A DNA stretch of 64,000 nt from Babesia bigemina (Eukaryota), in NCBI RefSeq assembly GCF_000981445.1, contig NC_027218.1, positions 2,852,001 to 2,916,000 on the forward strand, in the 5' to 3' direction. Under the pieces are notes generated by a model. That model worked only from the letters and a program-made list of their open reading frames with translations, was not told where the DNA came from and did no database searches. Below are positions 47,224-59,853 of this stretch, piece after piece. Each line of letters opens with the position of its first letter. Position 1 is the first letter of the stretch. A program made the position numbers and the translations under genes.

Positions 47224-48298
47224 TTACTGCCATGTGGTCCTGGCGTCGACGAAGTTTCCCCATTCGTCGTTGCCGGCGGCCATGACCTTCCAGTCAGTGT
47301 TAGCCTGTGCACCGGGCATCTGGTTCCAGTCACCCTCGACGCTCGGGGGCATGAGCGGGCGGAGGGAAGCGGCGTGTTCCTCGCGCTTCTGCTCCTCGAA
47401 CTTCAACTCGAGCTGCTCGGCGTCCCTCCAGAAGAAGGTGTCGACCATAACATCCCACGGCATGTGCCTCTGGATCTGGTTGCGCAGGTAGAGCACCTCG
47501 CGCGCCAGGAGCCAGTACATGAGCGCAATGGACTTCTTGCCCTTGTTGTTGCAGGGGATGGCGATGTCCACGAACTGGAGCGGGGAATCGGTATCACAGA
47601 GAGCGATGACGGGGAGCGCCACGTATGATGACTCCTTGAGGGCCTGAGCGTCGGTCCTGGGGTCGGTGGCGATCATGAGTCTGGGCTCGATGAACTTCTG
47701 CGTGATCTGGTTGGTGAGCGTTCCGGGCACCCAGCTTCCGGCAATGGGCTGGGATCCGACGTAGTGCGAGAACTTGAGCACGGCACGGCTACCGTAGGGC
47801 CTAGCGGACACAACCACGACCTCGGCGGGGTTGGTGACGGCAACAATGGCCCTCGCCGCCAACTTGACCTTCTTCAGGGTCCACGAAAGGTCAATGAGGT
47901 GGACACCCTCCTGGGTCCTGGTGAAAACGTACTTCTTCATCTTGTTTTCGACATTCTTGGTTCCGATGTGGACCTGCGGGGCATTAGTGGGTTCAACGAA
48001 AATTGTTCCAACGACATCTCTAAACATCGCTACTCAAATTCGAACCACAGTACGCATCACGAAGTCACTGACGGCATGGAAGGCTCGTGCCGGAGCGGGA
48101 ACGCGCCGACAGGCCTCCTATGGCCTGCGGCACCCTGAGCTCCGCAAAGGCCTTCCCTGCCTCCTACAACCACGACACACTCAAATTCCCGCACTAAACC
48201 ACGAAAAGCTGTGGTGGTGTGCTCACCTTGCAGGTCAACATCATCCTGATGCTGTCTTCATCGGGGGTCAGCTCCGCCTGGGTGGTATTCTGCACCAT
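47224..48298 (-). CDS. RPSA: 40S ribosomal protein SA (uS2), 2 exons
   Basis: Exon 1 [24 protein letters not shown], ~250-nt intron, then VHIGTKN...[13 protein letters not shown]...PGTLTNQI...[10 protein letters not shown]. Confidence 0.97.
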
Positions 48299-49075
48299 TT
48301 TGACTTCAAGCGGCCTCAATCCTGGTTGCACATGAATACGAGTCTAGTGCTCGCGGTAGGCGATCGATCTTGTGTCGGCCTGGTTTGCGTTTGTCGCGCG
48401 ACAGTTCACCCAATTATGCTGGGTAGGGTTTGGCAACGGCTATGGCGCAGCTCACGCGACTGGTCGGTTGAAATTGAACCAGTAATGTGTCGCGATACCG
48501 ATTAGTGCCACGTCGAGAGCAATTTATTGGTGAAGTTGGCCGTTCGTAGCGGCCTCGCTGCCGGTCGCCCCATCTGGCGTCTGTAGGCTACACCACCTGC
48601 AACCGGCGCAGAGCACGTTCACACAGGCCACTGAATACAAGCTACCTTTGAATTTTGACAAGGTTTATAGAGGCGGACTACGCTTAAATTTTACCGCGGT
48701 ACACCCTCGGGTGCCGCGTGCGAGGTCCTCCACGGAATCCTTCGCTACATAACGAATAGCACTCCCAGCCGCCTTCCAATAGGTTTCATCTGAATTTGGC
48801 ATCCGAGTGTTGATTCGGCCTGTTCGTGCGTATCTCGGCTCTTTTCGCCGTAACGTCGCGCTTCCGAATACTGCGTTGTAGTCTACATTACGCCAGATTC
48901 GGCTGCGCGGTCGCTGCCTAATACGCGCGGCTCCTAAGTGTAGTGCCGAGCCACGCGCATTGGCGCCAGTTGGGGTCGGTCGTATTTTTCGTGCATCACC
49001 CACTCGGCTTCTTTTGTTCTGGGTTCGGGCCGGCCGCGTTGCTTTCGTCTGCAGTGTGATGTGAGCTTTTGTTGT

Positions 49076-49321
49076 TCAAGCCCTACCGTCTGAGCTCTCG
49101 TCTTCGTATCGCTGGCGCCTGGTGAACACGCAGCAGCACTTGCTGCTCTTCTTGTGCTGCCCCTCGTTGTCGATGGTGCCCTCCTGCCAGGTGACCCTTC
49201 GTGGCTGGGTTACTCTGAGTATGCGGAAACGCCTTTCCAGCACTGCAGTTGCGGCATCGTCGTTCAACGTGCGCACCGTACTGGGCGGCGCTAGGAGTGT
49301 CATAGTTCGCGACCCCTCCAT
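49076..49321 (-). CDS. Protein phosphatase 1 inhibitor-3 (PPP1R11/Ypi1 family)
   Basis: RRVTWQEGTIDNEGQHKKSSKCCCVF: RVxW PP1-docking motif plus the KKSSKCCC signature. Confidence 0.92.
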   Translation of the reverse strand: MEGSRTMTLLAPPSTVRTLNDDAATAVLERRFRILRVTQPRRVTWQEGTIDNEGQHKKSSKCCCVFTRRQRYEDESSDGRA

Positions 49322-49940
49322 GGCGTCGATGGGGTGTTCTCGACGACCACGCTCGCGGCCGCCTCTCAACAGTTATGGACTGCCTTTGGGCTGCTGTGGC
49401 TCCGCTGGTTTTGGTAATGAGCTGGATAGCCGGGCGGTCCTAGACAGGCAGGCCTCCTTCCGCAGCGCGCGCTGCGTCCTTCCAAGCAGCAGATACCGTT
49501 ATTAGCCTTTTTTTACTGATACAGCAGCTCGCAGTGGTGATGCGTCTCGGTACCGTTGTGCGACGGCGGTGGAAATTTTGTGTTTCGTTCCTGAGTCGGT
49601 CCAGTCGTCTCTGCACGCGCCGCCCCGTATCAGTGCGGCGTGCGAGTTTGCGCAATGACGTGTTTTACTGCAAGTGAAAGGTGATATTATTGTCTACAAC
49701 AGCGCAAGCGGCCGCCGCCGTGCCCCTACATCATCCCGTCACCTTCGCGCGGCTGCGACCCGAGGTGGCTGGGGGAGTTCGGGTATCCACAAACAGAACC
49801 ACAGGCGGAAATAAAACCGCAACCACGCTATATTAGCGGATTCAATTATACCACCGTCCGCTGCTGCCTGTGTAGCTCTCGTTGCCGGGGCAGCGGACTG
49901 CCGCATCGTATCCCGTAAATGATCGGCACGTGAATCGACC

Positions 49941-50744
49941 ATGGCGAGCTCCGGTTTGATTCGCGCGTCCAGAAAATTGCACAATGGGAAGCATCTGTTC
50001 ATAGGTACGTTGTGTATGCCTGTATCGTCTTGCCGCCATCTCGCGGTCCCAGTGCTCTGACGCTTGGCGTTTTCACACAGCGCAAGCCAGCACTTGCCGG
50101 CCGTACGCTCGCATCGCGCCGTATCTGCACTGTCACGCGTTCCGAGCGCATGCCTGTGGTTTTAGTGTTCGTGTCAATGGTGGCCCATCGTCCATGTGAC
50201 CCTTGTAGCTGCTTGGGCTAATGCTATTTCAGGTAACTATCGCGACTTTGGCCTCTGGGAGTTCGTCGCGCCTCCGAGGCTGCAGCACGTGATCGTGCCC
50301 ATCGAGAAGGAGGTCGGCGTGCGCAGCCCGCTGGTGCCCGAGAGCGGCTCCGTGTTCATGCACATGAAGGACCCGCTGGCCCACCTCAACGGCGACCTCC
50401 CCAGCAAGCCGCTGGTGACCGTCGACGACATCACCCCTCCGGGTAAGGTGCTGCGCGGTTCCGGGTTGCACGGCCCGGAGCGCACTGACGTGACCAGGCT
50501 CGTGCTGTACAACAGACTCAAGGCCCGCCAGCTGCAGCGCCTCGTTCCCAGCAAGCACGAGGCCGAGGAGGACCACAAGCTGATGTGGTGCTCCCTGTGG
50601 TTCACTCTGTCCTCCACCATCGCACTCCACTACATGTACAAGTACGGTCTGGATTACAGTACCATCCACGAGCACTACCCGTGGACCCCTCCGCGCACAG
50701 ACGGCAGCCGTGGACCCGGTCCCATGTACTGGATATTCTACTGA
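49941..50744 (+). CDS. Probable mitochondrial single-pass membrane protein (identity not resolved)
   Basis: Exon 1 MASSGLIRASRKLHNGKHLFI is presequence-like; intron 50005-50232; strongly biased codons; one TM helix near the C-terminus. Confidence 0.65.
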
Positions 50745-50907
50745 GCGCCCGTATCAACACATTACCGTGTTAAATGTGCTTACATATTCAGTTGCATTTG
50801 ATTTGGTGTTCGTGCGTCGGTACGGGCGCGTCGGTCGCCGGCGACACAGACGGCAGCGCTACGCCCCGACCACTACGAATTTTGGCTACACATCGCTACT
50901 TAGAATA

Positions 50908-53721
50908 ATGGCACATGTGGCCGCGTGGCTAAAGCGGCAGAAGGAGGAGGAGTTGGCCAAGGAAAAGGTACGGAGAGATGCGGCGTCATCTTTTCGGCTG
51001 CGTTAGACATTGCGTTGACACGGCTTCTACCGCAACTTCGATACATAATTTGACATTTTTGAAGGAACGGCTCGAGACTTCTAAGATATATGCGGAGTAC
51101 GTGCGCGATTTCGAAGGAACCGGCGCTCCCGCCACGGCCGTCGCTGCAACTGCGCCCGTACGCTTCGTTAAAAGTGGAGAACCTGCGCCCAAACCATCGC
51201 AAACGTCCCATTCAAGTCTAGCAGCTTCCGGAATCTTCGACGCCCAGGTACCAGGTCGCACCTGGGTTCCTTCACATGCCGTGCAGGCTGGAGGCGATCC
51301 GGCGGCTGAGAGGGTCGATGAGCACAGCGCCGAGTATCTGAGATGGGTAACCTCCAACGCGAACGCGGCTGCCGCGCGGCCTCCGGCAACTGGGAAGACG
51401 CGTGAAATCGACGCTTTCATCCAAGGCAGGTGTTCGCCCTGCCTGATCTGACGCTGTGCAGAGCTCAAGGAAAAGCAGCAGCGTCAGGAGGAAGAGAAGG
51501 CGTTGCAACGCCGCATGCGCGATTCTAAGCTGTCGCCAGGCCTTCCAGATGCCGCCGTGCACAGCGCAGGGGTGGACCCTAGGCGCAACTCGGGCTCCGA
51601 CGCCCCATGTACCATTTATGTTGGCAACTTGCCACCTTCCGTAGGTTTCGAGACCTGTAGTCGCATTTTCTGCAGATAACTGAGGATGATTTGGAACGCA
51701 AATTCGGGCGCTGCGGACGGATCAATCGCATCAAAGTTATGCGCAGCAGTGCCGCCGACCGCCCGAAGCAGTGCTACGCATTCGTGACCTTTTCGCACCC
51801 CTCAGATGCGCAATGGGCTAAGGAATCGCTCGATGGCGCCGAAATATTGGGCTACCGCTGCAGGTTGGGATGGTCGTACCACGGAGGCGGGAGATCGCCA
51901 ACCCACGGCTCGTCTCCGTCGTCGTACGCGGAACCTGCCGAGGTCGCCGTATCGCCCATGCCCTCTTCATCCAATCTCCCGCCACTGCTGGCCGATGCGG
52001 TGCGTTTAGCATTTCGTTTAGTTGACGTTGTAACAGCGCGGAGTGCACGTTGAGTTGCCCCCGTCACCAATGAAACGTGCGGTGATCGATTTGATGGCTC
52101 GCTACGTAGTCCAGGTGCGTTCCCCTGAGAGTCCCCAATTTTTCATTTGAATCAGGGCGGCGCTGAATTCGAGGCCATGATCATGGCTAACGAGTCCGAG
52201 CAAGGCCTTTTCAACTTCATCTTCAACCGCAACTCTCCCGAGCATATATACTACCGTTGGAAAGTGTACTCCCTTCTCCAGGGTGACACCGATAAGGAGT
52301 GGCGCAGAGAACCGTTCCAAGTGGTTGCCGGCGGTTTGCAGTGGCATCCGCCCGTTGAAAAGACCGACACGTCGCCGGCGCCGCCGATGCCCACGGTGCC
52401 GCCCATTCTCGGTGCAGAGACAGCGATGACGATGTCGCACAGCGGCCGCGCCCCCATGATGCACTCAGACATCAGCCGTTTGGAGAAGCTGCTGCGCGAC
52501 TGCACCACGACCCGGGGGAGCGTGGCTGAGGCCATGATGTTCATCATCAACCACGGCGAGTCCGCGTTCCAGGTTACCGACTACCTCGTGAACTCGATTC
52601 TGGAGGACACGCCGACGGTTGATAAGAAGGTAGTTGTTCGAGTCACGCGCTCTCATGTTTTCTTAGATAAGTCGCCTGTACATTCTGAGCGACGTGCTGT
52701 ACAACACGTCCGCGTCCAACAAGTTCGCGTGGCTGTATAGGTCGAGTTTTGAGAAGCGGATCCCCGAGGTCTTCGCGCACTTCAGGCAGTTCATGAAGAC
52801 CTCCAGCAGCAAGATCGCAGTCCAGCAGCTGATAGGCAGTATCACCCGTATGTTGCCTGCGTGGCGTCAGTGGAACGCATACCCCACGGAGTATATCCAC
52901 GGCCTGGAGTCTGCCCTTTGGGGACCTGACTTCGAATCTTTCGCCACGCTGCCGCATTTCGAGGAGCACAGAGAGGCGATCGACTCCACCTACGATGGAG
53001 AGAAGATGGAGTACTTTGACGTGCTATCTAGGTTCCCGCTGAAGTGGCGCGAAGCAGCTTACGTACGTTTATTGTGGTTTCGGCTTCACCCGCTTGCAGC
53101 GCTACCTGCTCATGCGCGTCAGGAAGCTGAAACAGCTGTGCTTGATTCGTGGGCTGCTGACCATACCCGGGGACAGGTCATCTCTGGTCACCCGCCTGAT
53201 AATCAACGACATGTACGTGGAAGCCAGGGAGGTGGGTTGCCGCGATTGGAGTTTCACGGCCACCTTAGGCGGAGATAAGAGAGATGGAGCTTGCTGAACG
53301 TGATAATGATCGCGAAGACCACGAACGTTTGTCACAAAGCGTCTCACCTTACGGCGGAGCAGACACTATGGAGATGGAGGTCGGCTCTGGCGAATCCGAA
53401 ATGCGCCGACCGCCAGATCCCGCCAAATCACCGCCACAACCGGAACTCGGAGACGCTGAAGCGGCTTCGGACGAATGCAGCGACGTGGAGTCAGCTTCCG
53501 ACGCCGAGGTGCCGAATGCCGCCGCCTCCGAGTCCGACGATCACATGGACACAAGTTCAGACGTCGTCGGACCTGACCTCGACCATGAGGCCCCCGTTGA
53601 CGCCCCTGAACAGTCGAGCGAGGTTGCAGCCGAAGAGGACGCGCAGCCCGAGGAAGTCGCCCCGCCGGCGCCAGAGGAGGACCCGGACGACATAGAGGAC
53701 ATGTTCGCAGCCGACAACTGA
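50908..53721 (+). CDS. U2 snRNP-associated SURP-motif protein (SR140-like), multi-exon
   Basis: RRM (IYVGNLPP; YAFVTF), SURP (FEAMIM...FNFIF...HIYYRWKVYSL), CID (LYILSDVLYN...YRSSFEKRIP) and an acidic tail. Confidence 0.88.
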
Positions 53722-53844
53722 GGCCTCAGCACAAGCCATAGGACTTGATTGTAATGCTAGTAAACCCGAAATCAGACGCCATTTACACGAAACCACGCAA
53801 TACGCCTCCGACTAAAGCAGTCGCTACAGTTCAATTAGCGGGTG

Positions 53845-54315
53845 TTACTCTGCGGCGTTCAAGTAGGTAGCGCCACACCTGCCGCAGTAAGAGCGGTCGT
53901 GGTGAGCCGCCATGAACACACCGCGTCCGCAGGTGCTCGAGGGGCACTCCTTGAGGAGCCTGACGACCTTGTCGCCCTCGACCTTGTAGTACTTGAGCAC
54001 GGCGAGCTTGACCTTCTTCTTCTTGTGCTTGATCTTCTTGGGGGTGGTGTACTGCTTCTTCTTGCGCTTCTTACCACCACCGCTGATGTCGATGTGCTGC
54101 ACGAGGTCGATGGTGTTGTCTTCACCGATGAGCTCAGCGATGGGTGTGGCATCCTGGGCCTCGATGATGCCGACCCAGAGGGACTGAGTGCAGTTCCTCA
54201 AGTTGTAAATCTCGGCGATCTTGCTCTTGAGTTCGGCGACGGTCTCGAGGCCATTGACGTCGAAAACGGCAGTGCTGCCGTTAAAAAGCTTGATAAAAAC
54301 CTGAGCGCCCGCCAT
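53845..54315 (-). CDS. RPS27A: Ubiquitin-like / 40S ribosomal protein S27a (eS31) fusion
   Basis: [34 protein letters not shown]...[20 protein letters not shown], preceded by a divergent ubiquitin-like domain. Confidence 0.97.
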   Translation of the reverse strand: MAGAQVFIKLFNGSTAVFDVNGLETVAELKSKIAEIYNLRNCTQSLWVGIIEAQDATPIAELIGEDNTIDLVQHIDISGGGKKRKKKQYTTPKKIKHKKKKVKLAVLKYYKVEGDKVVRLLKECPSSTCGRGVFMAAHHDRSYCGRCGATYLNAAE

Positions 54316-55229
54316 GGTGGGTTAGCTTAGGTGGCTCAATTCGGGCTTGCTTTAGTGCTCCTGAGCAAACCCAAAGTTGAGCTTGAAATGTAGGGCACAG
54401 CGGCGGAGTTTAGCGTGGCTTAGCTCTCGTCGCCGTATGGACCCCTTCTCCTATGTCGGGTGTTGAGTCTGTGTAGCGTGTCGTCGGAAATGGAGCTTAC
54501 GAGCTTCCCATTTAAACCCCGGCGGCTATAAAAATGCCCGTTTATATATTTATGGGTCGCGTGGATCGCGCTTAGGCCGGAAGGTAGTCGACGTCGATTG
54601 TCGGGTGGGCCGCGTGACCGGCACATCTCCCCCCCTCCCCTATAGATGGCAGTCTAGTTCATCGCTATCGCTTCATCGCGAACCCGCGCAGCTTTAATTT
54701 AGCGCAGATAGCGAAACTTTATACGATGAGCGTGGTGGATTTCGCAATAGAGCTTGTCTTCACCGTTAAGTGGAGGCGTTTTTTTATCTCGCGACGCTCA
54801 ACCTCAATCCGCAGCAATATCACCCTAATTAACAGGCAGTGAGCGTTTAGTGCTCATATTTACTACGCGGTCAATCACACGTTAAGGTTCCTGCTAAAAA
54901 GCTGCGTTTGTAGAGCGGCTCTTAAGCCCTCACACACTTGGCGGCGGAAGCTCAATCGCCTTACAGTTACACTGTTAAAAATATATCCCTATAACAAGGC
55001 GGCGCCGTTAACTTTAAAAGGGCGTAGATCTTCTTTCTGGTTTTGGTGGTGTGTAGCCGCTCGGGACCTTACCTCTTATGACAGAACCCGCTCGTGACAT
55101 CATTTCGCAGACTTCTTTCGCGGAAGTCCACATGAGGGCATTACTTGGTTAATATGTAAACTATTGAGGCGTCTTTCGCACTTTCTTCTCCTCCATTAAT
55201 CCCAAATTGCAAAGCGCCTTCCGGTCACG

Positions 55230-56578
55230 ATGACGGACTACTGGGTATCGACCAAGAAGCATTACTGCGAGGTATGCAAGTGCTGGATATCGGGTACAAC
55301 ACTGGTGAGCTGCTGGTTGCGTCGTATTTTGACACCGTCGCAGAATATTAAGAACCATGAATCCAGCGCCCGGCATATCTCGTCGCTTCGCAATAAGATG
55401 ATCGAGTCTCACCGCAGAGACGTGGCTAGGAAAGAACAGGAAGCGTTTGAAGCGGCCGAAATCGCTCGCCTAAACAGCGTCACGATGGACGGGCCTAGCA
55501 TCGTCGAGCCCGTTGGTGATTCGGGCTTTGTAGGCAGTTCATTCTCCACGCATAACCGCCTTCTGCGCCCACCTGTGGACAAAGAGAAGGAGCAGATGCA
55601 AGTTTTGGATACCATTTCGCGTGTCTTGTCCGGGGCGCCGCCCGACGAGCCGGATCACAATCGCAACACCAGTATGTCATGGTTACTATAGTGTCAACGC
55701 ATGCTGCAGCGTGGATGGCGTTCATCGACCCGGAAGACGGGACACTGACGTATTACAACAACTTTACGGGCTTGAAAACCAAGAATCGGCCTCGGGACTT
55801 CGACGGCGTACTTCCAACCGCTGCGAGCTCCCTTACGTCAAGTATGTAAAATGTGAACTCCTCCACACATTTCGCAGATTGGACGCTCAAGTTCGACCCT
55901 ACTAAGGGGGCCAAGTATTATCACAATCTGGCCACAGGTGAGATTAGGTGGCTGGAGGCACCGAGGCCAAGCGCTGCCCCGGCGCCACCGCCAAGGAAGG
56001 CAGAAAGCAGTAGCGTTCCGCCATCAATCCCCATAAAAATGGAACCTGATACGTCCGAAACAAGCGCCAATAAGGCGCCATCGCAAATCCGCATAAAGTT
56101 GGAGCCAATGGAGTCTCAACCTCCGGAGAGGCCAACGCCCCCTACGCCGGCTGCAGTTCGTATTAAGCCTGAGCCTGAGGACCAATCGCAAGGGGCTGAT
56201 GCTTATGAACCTAGTCAACGCGCTACGGAAAACCGACCAGAGCTTCCCAAGGAGCAGTACGCCGCACCTCCAATTGGCCAGTGGGAGGTAGTTAAGCCGG
56301 AGGAAAGCGTGTTTTCCCACTCTATAGTCTCATTGGACCCTTATATCAACCCTCCAGCGGCGCCAAAAAGAGAACCGGACATTCTGGATGTGATTCGCGA
56401 TGCAACTTATGAAACGCCTTTGTTGAACGTTGACGACATGCAACTACAGGAGAAGCAGGTGTTCACCAAACACAAGGTGATATGCATCTTTTGATCGTTA
56501 AAACATATGCAGGCGGATACATTGGATGCGGAGGTTCCTGTTAAATTCGCAAAAAGGAAGATACCCAAGAAAAAGTGA
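55230..56578 (+). CDS. WBP4/FBP21-like splicing factor (U1-type zinc finger plus two WW domains), multi-exon
   Basis: MTDYWVSTKKHYCEVCKCWI...HESSARH; WW-like WMAFIDPEDGTLTYYNNFTG and WTLKFDPTKGAKYYHNLATGEIRW..P. Confidence 0.85.
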
Positions 56579-56990
56579 TGTTGGCTCACGCTTTACATGA
56601 CGTTGGAGGTTGTCCTCCATCCGTCACCTGGGTCACATTTGCAGTTCAAATGAAGTGTAAGCAACCATATTGGTTTAATATTTACAATTATAACCTGAGT
56701 GTGGCTGTCTGAAAATTGCCTCCAAGATTCATCTATTGCCTTGCCTTCCTGTTTGGGCGTGTAACTAGACCCATAATAACGGCACCAAACCAATCAAAAC
56801 CCGGATTCCATACTAGTTATCAATGAATGAAGTTCATATTGTATGCACGTGCGACCTTTCCGTGATTGACAATCAGGGATGACGTCACTGTTGTTCGCTA
56901 CACATCTGGTCTTCCACCGGTAAAGTGCGAATGTCGTCGTTTACAGCGACACATTCCTGCACATAAGGCGTATGTGTAACCGTATACACA

Positions 56991-59355
56991 ATGGACATTG
57001 TGGAAGTCAAGCCTCAGGACGCCCTGCAGGCCGTTCGAAGACGGCCCTTGGAGCGTCGGCCTGTGCACATCCACGAAGGCGTGATTGCACGCCTGGAAAC
57101 CTGTGAGCGCAAGAAGGACCACATAAGAGGTATGTATGCACGGATTTGTGCCCCAATGCCATTGCTGTGGCGTAACATCTGGCTATGAATTCATTCATAG
57201 AAGTATGATATATCCACGTTGGTATTGGATACGGTAGTTGCATTTGCCATCGTGTATGATCCTACGACATGTTGTTACAGGTTCGGGTCTGCAGTATGTG
57301 TTGCGCTCCTTGAACAGGCATTGTTCCCAGCTGAGTCCGGACAAGTTGCTTGAAGCCCTTCGGATATTGAGCGAGAATCAGCTCTTTGATCGTCGCACCC
57401 TCTACAACTTGTACGACTCCATTGCGCGCAACATCCTGTATTTCACTCCTGCGCAACATCGCAAGCTCCTGACGTACATCGGCACATGCCTGTCTTACAC
57501 GGTTCACGGGGCCAAATTGCTCTCTGCGGAAGATTGCGCAACAGTGATATCGCAACTGGACAGCTTCCTGCCGCGAAATGCCAAGGATACTCCGAGTGGA
57601 GTTGCAGACGCTGTGAGCGACACTAATGAAAGTCATGGACCAGATCAAACGGTGAATGACGATGCTGTTGTGGCCGCAGACGAAGTGGTTGGTGCCGGCT
57701 TCAATTACCTGAGCATCGCTGACTTCGATGGCGGCCCGGTGCCTCTTGACGAATTAAATCGGTTGAACCTCGAGATTGTCCGCAAAACAGCCGCCCTTTA
57801 TGGTGCGAACATCCTGGGAGGCGCCCGTGTAGTGGCGGCTTCGGATTCTGGCGCCATCTTGGGTTCAGCACTGGAGATTATGCTTAAGCTATCCTCCACT
57901 CTAGACGTCCACACGAGCACGATTGAAGACTGCGCCCGAAACCTTGCCGATATAGTGAGCCACGTGAATATAGAATCGTTGCAAAGTTTGGGCGACGCAC
58001 GAGATGCTGCCCTGCGTGATTTGGTACGACATGCACATGGGATTGCCGACGCCCTCTCGATTATGTTGCTGGATGTCTTACCAAAGATAACACGCGCTGT
58101 GTCGCTACCCAAATGCGGTATTTCAGATTATCTAACGTCGTCGATGTACTTGAAGCTGGACCTGCTTAGGGGCTCAAGGGAGGTTCGGTCTGCATATGTC
58201 GGTGCTGACCCAACATTATTTCGCATGCTCAGCGATGCTTTGCATCACATAACAGCACGGTGCGACAGTGAAGATAAACAGCCGCTCAGCTTAGATGTGC
58301 AGCAGTCCATATTCGGCATGAAGCAGTTGGAGTCACAAATGCAGCGGTTATGCGAATTGCTCAATTCACAGAATTTGGACTGTTTCAACGACATCGTAAG
58401 GTTGGTAAGACTGTAAATTAACTTTAATTTTGCCGAAGGTTGAACTCGAAGTGCCTGTCGCTGCATAAGGTCCTAAGTGTTTTTGACACCCATGGCCAAT
58501 TGACACGGCATGACCATGACGGCAACTCCTCCGATCCCCCGTATACTTTGCGGGATTTTGCTTCGCGATGTGTAGAAGAATTCGGGAACCACATAGAGGC
58601 TATGGATCCAAGTGTGGTGTCAATGCTGCTGTGTATAATTGCCGATGGCCACGGAAGTCCTCCAGAGCAGCTTGGAGACGAGTTGCGCAACATTTTGCCC
58701 GAATGTTTTCGCAACTTGTACGTCAACAGCAAGTCACTTAGTACAGCCAGCATCCTTGACGTAGGTGACTCGGCGTTCGCAAAACATTTCGCATTAGGTG
58801 ATCGAGCGGTGCTACACCAAAATGGGCTACCTGCATCATTACGGGGCGCGTATTATGCTGAACACGGCGCTGTCACGTTACGTAATCAGCCATGCTGACG
58901 CCGTATTGGCGGCGAACCTCCACATGCTGTGCCTCCGCATCCCGTACGACATGGTCGCCTGCGTTCGCAGGAAAAGTTTCATGCGAGTCGTGTCTTATTT
59001 GGACGATGTTGGTCTATGTGAACACGGCTCTAGGAAATTTGACCGAGAAGCACAGGAGGTGGAAGGTGAAGAGTATGTAGGCACGGCACAGCACTCGCAG
59101 TTGGTTGCTACGCCGCTAAGTGCATCTCAGCATTACAACGGCCGAGGAACGCGGTTCCTACCTGATCGTAGTGCGGGCAGAGTGCGGTGCGTCTACAGCA
59201 GCTACAGGAGGTCGTGCGGGAAACCCAAGTACCAGCCAAACCAAGGCGACGAAAAATCGCTTATGCCTCGTCAGCGTGGAACGTCGCACATTTACAAGCT
59301 GTGGAAAGCGGTCCAGCCCGATCTGTTGCGCAAGCTTCTGCCGCTTATTCGTTAG
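56991..59355 (+). CDS. Hypothetical multi-exon protein
   Basis: Consecutive same-strand ORFs (56991, 57238-58416, 58440-, 58798-59355) separated by GT-AG intron-like gaps. No motif recognised; boundaries uncertain. Confidence 0.55.
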
Positions 59356-59853
59356 CGGCACCTATATATTGGCGCACAGAAGCAACGCATTTCCGGTTTA
59401 ATCAAGCGTGCTGGGGATTTGCGTTCTGCCATGTTAGGCCATGCGTCTCATCCGAAGACAGGCGTGAATGACGCTCCTATACCCTCCGATAGGGCACATG
59501 ATACCACGATAACGCCGCGCTGTATATATTTAAGACATCTCTATTAGAAACGTCAGTTTTCCACCTACACATTTGCTGCTGGTTGCAGCTCCAGCGCGTG
59601 TAAGGTGTTTGCCCTCCCACGCCCCTCTAGCGCCTAATAACCGCCTCAAACGAATCTGCCGAATATTTCTTTCGCCGAATCGGCAGCGGCGTGGACATGT
59701 CACCGTCGCATGGGTCTGATTTCCCATAATCGACTGGGAATCGTGGTGTCACTGTGGCAGTGCGTGTCGCGCCGGTAGGCTTTACGATGCGTCTTCGCCT
59801 CGTGGCGTAGCGCCAGGCGGCCTGTATAAGTCGTCGCGTACTAACTCGAGAAG

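Noticed and set aside
47973..48226. snoRNA in the long RPSA intron
   Set aside because: No convincing C/D or H/ACA box pair found by eye.
49016..49029. GTTCTGGGTTCGGG as telomere-like sequence or telomerase template
   Set aside because: Only two imperfect units, and it does not match TT(T/C)AGGG repeats.
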